Part shown: piece after piece, positions 60,024 to 64,000 of the stretch
Layout: each line of letters begins with the position of its first letter
Numbering within the stretch: position 1 is the stretch's first letter
NCBI GenBank assembly: GCA_038134505.1
Contig: JAYPVH010000008.1
Location: 13,567-77,566, forward strand
Source of the DNA: Halieaceae bacterium
GTDB lineage: Bacteria; Pseudomonadota; Gammaproteobacteria; Pseudomonadales; Halieaceae
DNA: 64,000 nucleotides
Direction: 5' to 3'
The notes under the pieces: model-generated
What the model was told of the DNA's origin: nothing
Seen by the model: the letters and a program-made list of their open reading frames with translations, nothing else
The model's database searches: none
Position numbers and translations under genes: made by a program

Positions 60024-60446
60024 ATGCAGAACACGCTCAAAACCCTTGCACAGTCAAAAGTTGCTACCAATAAAGCGGTCAAAGCTGCAGGCATCGCGAC
60101 CACCGAGAAAGCGATCAGCCAGCTTCAGGCAGCGCTTAAGCAGGCTAAGCAGAGAGAAACCGCACAGGCGGAACAAAAACTAAGGGCGAATGCCAAGAAA
60201 ATAGCCACCATGATGTCCAACCTCGGCGTATCGGTCTCCGATATCGCAGGGCTCACTGGCACAAAGAAAAAGCGCAACCAGTCTGCAAAAAAAGCCGCGG
60301 CAAAAAAGCGGTCTAAAGTTGCTCCGAAATATCGCCTCAAGGCGGGAGGCCACACCCATGAGTGGAGCGGTCGCGGTCGCACCCCGATTGTGTTCCGAGA
60401 CTTCGTCGCTCAAGGCGGTAAGCTTGAGAGCTGTTTGATTCGTTAG
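60024..60446 (+). CDS. hns: H-NS family nucleoid-associated protein
   Basis: The C-terminus KYRLKAGGHTHEWSGRGRTPIVFRDFVAQGGKLESCLI matches the E. coli H-NS DNA-binding loop [40 protein letters not shown]. Helical N-terminal oligomerisation region and a Lys-rich linker. Confidence 0.9.
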   Translation: MQNTLKTLAQSKVATNKAVKAAGIATTEKAISQLQAALKQAKQRETAQAEQKLRANAKKIATMMSNLGVSVSDIAGLTGTKKKRNQSAKKAAAKKRSKVAPKYRLKAGGHTHEWSGRGRTPIVFRDFVAQGGKLESCLIR

Positions 60447-60758
60447 CAAGACGCGCCTCACGCGTCGCCGCTACGCGCGCGGCGCCTCGGCAGTGTCTCG
60501 CACGCCATCTTCACTCAACTTGAACGTGTGGTAAGCACAACAGCGCTATGCCTCACCCCGCGGTGTGATGCGATCACGGCCCGACCCCTCGGGTAATTTG
60601 CGGTCAGTCTGCTATGCTTTTATTCCGCGCGAGTCGACCATCGGCGGATGCTGTCGACCGCACCGGGCTGCTGCCTGCAACATCGATGACCCTTAGAAGT
60701 AGCGTGCGCCCTGTTAAGATCAAGAGTACGCGTCAATTGAGAGAATGAGGCCTGCCGT

Positions 60759-61565
60759 TTGCCGAAACCCTACACACATCAGCCACGCAAGCGATTCGGA
60801 CAGAATTTTCTCCGCGACGACGCGGTGATCGATGCCATCGCCAACGCGATTGCCCCGCGGACCTGTGATCACCTGGTGGAAATTGGGCCCGGCGAAGGCG
60901 CGCTCACACAAGCTCTCGTTGAATCCTCTGGAGTGTTTGATGCGATCGAGCTCGACCGGGATTTAAAAACACGGCTACTGGCCTCGTTTAGCATTTATCC
61001 GCAATTCACCTTGCACAGTGCCGATGCCCTGTCTTTTGATTTTCAGGCACTGGTCCATGCGGGTGAGCGACTGCGTGTCGTTGGCAACCTGCCTTACAAC
61101 ATTTCCACGCCGCTAATTTTTCGCCTTCTAGAGACCAGTGACCACATTCAAGACATGCACTTTATGTTGCAAAAAGAAGTCGTTCAGCGGATCTGTGCGC
61201 AGCCCGGAAGTAAACATTGGGGTCGATTGGGAATCATGTGCCAGTTCCAGTGCGAAGTCAGTTATTTATTTGATGTCCCGCCCAGTGCATTTTTCCCGCC
61301 ACCCAAGGTCGACTCCGCCATTGTGCGCCTCGTGCCACAGCATCGCACCAAGGATCCCTGCGACCGCGCCAAACTTGCGCGAGTCGTACAGACCGCATGC
61401 GCGCAACGCCGCAAAACTTTACGCAATAACTTTAAAGGCATCGCTGACGACGCGGTGCTGATGTCTGCCGGTATCAATCCCGAAGCGCGTGCCGAAACTG
61501 TAGCACTAGAGCACTACATCACTCTGACCAATACGCTTGCAAAACTGGGCGCTCTCGAAAACTGA
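60759..61565 (+). CDS. rsmA: 16S rRNA (adenine1518/1519-N6) dimethyltransferase
   Basis: RKRFGQNFL and VEIGPGEGALT SAM motif. TTG start with GAGG 8 nt upstream. Confidence 0.94.
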   Translation: MPKPYTHQPRKRFGQNFLRDDAVIDAIANAIAPRTCDHLVEIGPGEGALTQALVESSGVFDAIELDRDLKTRLLASFSIYPQFTLHSADALSFDFQALVHAGERLRVVGNLPYNISTPLIFRLLETSDHIQDMHFMLQKEVVQRICAQPGSKHWGRLGIMCQFQCEVSYLFDVPPSAFFPPPKVDSAIVRLVPQHRTKDPCDRAKLARVVQTACAQRRKTLRNNFKGIADDAVLMSAGINPEARAETVALEHYITLTNTLAKLGALEN

Positions 61566-61632
61566 TATTAAGGCTGGACTTCAGACAGTCGCTTCGGTTT
61601 ACCATGCACTTTTACAGCGAGGGAGACCGCGC

Positions 61633-62481
61633 GTGGCCCGATACATCGTCGGCGACATCCAGGGATGCTTTAGGGCACTCATGGCCTTGTTAGAAGCGGT
61701 TGAGTTTGATGCTCGCCACGACACGCTGTTCTCTGTGGGAGATCTGGTCAATCGTGGTCATGACAATGCCTCAACCCTGCGATGGTTTGTACAACACGAT
61801 GCGGCGGTGAAGGTCGTCTTAGGAAATCACGACCTTCATCTGCTCGCGATTGCCGCCGGAGCAAGGAGAGCTAGCCGCGCCGACAACCTCGAGGATGTCC
61901 TCGAGGCCCCTGACGCACCAGAATTAATTGACTGGATTCGCCGCAGACCACTGCTGCATCGAGAAGAGAACTTCACGCTGGTGCACGCGGGCATTCCACC
62001 GCAGTGGTCCATCGCGACGGCGCAAGCACTTTCACAAGAAGTCGAGCACGCGCTGCAGGGAGACAAATTTAAGCGGTACCTGAAGTCGATGTATGGCAAC
62101 ACCCCAGATATCTGGAGCGACGAACTCACCGGCAAGAAACGGTTGCGGCTGATTACCAACTATCTGACGCGCATGCGCTTTTGCACGGCATCGGGTGCAC
62201 TCGATTTGCGCTCCAAAGGAACCAAACCCGCGCGTAAAAAGCTTTACGGCGAAAAGTTAGCGCCATGGTTTTCTCACGCCCATCGCGAAACCCGCGACGA
62301 GTTGATCATCTTCGGACATTGGGCTGCTTTACAGGGTGAGACGGGCGAGGCTCGCGTTGTCGGTTTGGATACTGGCTGTGTTTGGGGTAACGACATGACG
62401 CTGCTGTGCCCAGATAGCGGTAAAAAGTGGTCAGTCAGCGCCGAGGGCGGTGATGTTACAGAGGCACGGGGTACGCTGTGA
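61633..62481 (+). CDS. apaH: bis(5'-nucleosyl)-tetraphosphatase, symmetrical
   Basis: Metallophosphatase motifs YIVGDIQGC, GDLVNRG, GNHD. GTG 61633 is preceded by GAGGGAG at a 7-nt spacing and matches the usual ApaH N-terminus. The longer ORF from 61537 overlaps rsmA. Confidence 0.9.
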   Translation: MARYIVGDIQGCFRALMALLEAVEFDARHDTLFSVGDLVNRGHDNASTLRWFVQHDAAVKVVLGNHDLHLLAIAAGARRASRADNLEDVLEAPDAPELIDWIRRRPLLHREENFTLVHAGIPPQWSIATAQALSQEVEHALQGDKFKRYLKSMYGNTPDIWSDELTGKKRLRLITNYLTRMRFCTASGALDLRSKGTKPARKKLYGEKLAPWFSHAHRETRDELIIFGHWAALQGETGEARVVGLDTGCVWGNDMTLLCPDSGKKWSVSAEGGDVTEARGTL

Positions 62482-63581
62482 AAACCTATCGCGTGGGCGG
62501 CGCAGTTCGCGATTCTCTGCTCGGTGTGCCTTTCGATGAGACTGACTGGGTCGTTATTGGCGCGTCGGTCGAGCAGATGATCAGCGCCGGCTTTCAGCAG
62601 GTCGGTCGCGACTTCCCCGTATTCCTACATCCCGAAACTCACGAAGAATACGCGCTGGCGCGAACAGAACGCAAAACTGGGCCGGGCTACCGTGGGTTTA
62701 CCGTCCACGCTGAACCGAGTGTCACGCTCGAAGAAGATTTATTACGCCGCGACCTCACGATCAACGCCATGGCGATGGATGATAACGGTCAGCTGATTGA
62801 CCCCTACGGCGGTCTCGCCGATTTGCAAGCGCGCGTGCTGCGACACGTCTCGCCGAGCTTCACCGAGGATCCTTTGCGCATCCTCCGTGTCGCGCGATTT
62901 GCCGCTCGCTACGCCGCACTGGGTTTTAGCATTGCGCCTGACACGCTGCAGCTCATGACTCAGCTCGCAAACTCTGGAGAACTCGCCCACATCAGTGTCG
63001 AACGCCTTTGGGTCGAGATCGAAAAAGGCCTAGCAACGGAGCAACCGGGCCTCTTTTTCGAGACTTTGGCACGCTGCGACGCGTTGACTTCCCTGATACC
63101 CGATTTACCTGCTGAGCAGGCAATTCACCGAGTGACGGTGGCCGCAGGACAGACAGAGCGAAACGACTGCCGCTGGGCCGCACTCCTGAGTCCTCTGGCG
63201 CCAGAAGGTGTGCAGACCATCTGTGATGCCCTGCGTACACCGAAGGCCTGGGCGCAATTGGCGCTGAGCGTGAGCCGTTTGGACGGATGTTTTGCAAGCG
63301 CGCTCGACGCCTCAGAGATCATCGAAGTGCTGGAAAAGCTCGACGCCCTGCGTCGGGAAGAGCCCTTTGCTGGTTTTTGCGAGACGCTTAGGGCGCTGGA
63401 TGATGCCTATCAGCACCCCCTTCAACAGCTGGAGCAGGGCCGCCTTATTGCGCAGAGTATCCGCGCGCGTGATCTGCCCGAGACCGCTCCCGGGCCTGAG
63501 TTAGGCGCAACTTTGAGAAAAGCGCGGTTGAGCGCGCTAACACTGTGGCTTAACGAGCACTCTGAGAAGCTTCCCGAGTAA
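62478..63581 (+). CDS. cca: CCA tRNA nucleotidyltransferase (no recognisable HD phosphohydrolase motif)
   Basis: MKTYRVGGAVRDSLLG...GRDFPVFLHPETHEEYALARTERK is near-identical to the E. coli Cca head domain. 367 aa versus 412 in E. coli. There is no H-D dipeptide in the C-terminal half. GTGA overlap with apaH. Confidence 0.9.
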   Translation: MKTYRVGGAVRDSLLGVPFDETDWVVIGASVEQMISAGFQQVGRDFPVFLHPETHEEYALARTERKTGPGYRGFTVHAEPSVTLEEDLLRRDLTINAMAMDDNGQLIDPYGGLADLQARVLRHVSPSFTEDPLRILRVARFAARYAALGFSIAPDTLQLMTQLANSGELAHISVERLWVEIEKGLATEQPGLFFETLARCDALTSLIPDLPAEQAIHRVTVAAGQTERNDCRWAALLSPLAPEGVQTICDALRTPKAWAQLALSVSRLDGCFASALDASEIIEVLEKLDALRREEPFAGFCETLRALDDAYQHPLQQLEQGRLIAQSIRARDLPETAPGPELGATLRKARLSALTLWLNEHSEKLPE

Positions 63582-63918
63582 TTCGTACACCGACCGCTGC
63601 CGCCTCGGCGACCGCGCTCGGCTTGCGAATCGTCAGCTCAAGTCGCTGGACTATAAATTCGTCGAAGATCATTTGCGCAAGACACTCAGCAAGCGCCTCA
63701 AGCAACTGAAATTGACGCTCGGCGCACAGTGCAATAACCCGTTTCGATAAGGTCGCATAGTCCAAAGCATCTGCAAGCGCATCGCTACGCGATGCCTGAG
63801 CGATATCGCAGGTCAACACCAAATCGATAAGCAGAGGCTGCTGAATCTTGCGCTCCCAATCGTAACAACCGATTACGGTGCTCACCTTGAGCCCTTCAAT
63901 CACTATGTCTCCGATCAT
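63550..63918 (-). CDS. folB: dihydroneopterin aldolase
   Basis: MIGDIVIEGLKVSTVIGCYDWERKIQQPLLIDLVL matches the FolB N-terminus. ATG 63918 overlaps the stop of an upstream minus-strand ORF (ATGA). 32-nt convergent overlap with cca. Confidence 0.88.
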   Translation of the reverse strand: MIGDIVIEGLKVSTVIGCYDWERKIQQPLLIDLVLTCDIAQASRSDALADALDYATLSKRVIALCAERQFQLLEALAECLAQMIFDEFIVQRLELTIRKPSAVAEAAAVGVRITREASQSAR

Positions 63919-64000
63919 GACGCCACCTCCGAATGAGCGTCGCTCGGTGGCGCCAGTTCCGCCATCGGCCAACGCGCGCGTACTTCAGCCATCGGGCCAT

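Noticed and set aside
60450-60483. Short GC-rich palindromes just after the hns stop, considered as an intrinsic terminator.
   Set aside because: The stems are only 5-6 bp and are not followed by a T-run, so they do not meet the rho-independent terminator pattern.
63915-64000. An open minus-strand frame at the window edge (...GPMAEVRARWPMAELAPPSDAHSEVAS*) whose stop overlaps the folB start.
   Set aside because: Only about 27 codons are visible and no motif is recognisable. It is probably the 3' end of a gene lying outside the window, so it is not called.

Overview
This 64-kb window is chromosomal DNA from a moderately GC-rich Gammaproteobacterium (about 55-60% GC by eye). The core gene order follows a Pseudomonas/Cellvibrionales-like backbone, recalled from memory: tyrS-M23-anmK-erpA-bactofilin-argC-hemJLB, dsbD / aroQ-accBC-prmA / dusB-fis-purHD, trpEGDC-rpe, and amgK-murU / lptD-surA-pdxA-rsmA-apaH-cca-folB. 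I call about 67 protein-coding genes. I recognised no rRNA, tRNA, CRISPR array, transposase or integrase. Two regions are not ordinary housekeeping. (1) nt 1-12186 (possibly to 15350) is one tightly packed, translationally coupled operon built around a MotA/ExbB-type proton channel. Its partners are unusual: two paralogous proteins that join an ExbD/TolR-like TM anchor (Asp conserved) to a long coiled coil and a vWA/MIDAS domain. The operon also encodes a TM + 5xPEGA + FGE-fold protein lacking the FGE catalytic cysteines, a TM/TPR-like protein, a soluble protein with a degenerate Hsp70/actin-like N-terminus, four lipoproteins, a small secreted acidic protein and a TonB_C-like fragment at the window edge. 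This is my best candidate for an undescribed PMF-powered trans-envelope system. (2) nt 58832-60758 is a small islet interrupting the conserved surA-pdxA-rsmA-apaH operon. It holds a patatin-like phospholipase and an H-NS-family gene, transcribed divergently from a strikingly AT-rich 235-bp region with phased T5A3-4 repeats, followed by 312 bp of unexplained non-coding DNA. All product calls rest on motif recognition by eye; no database search was run.
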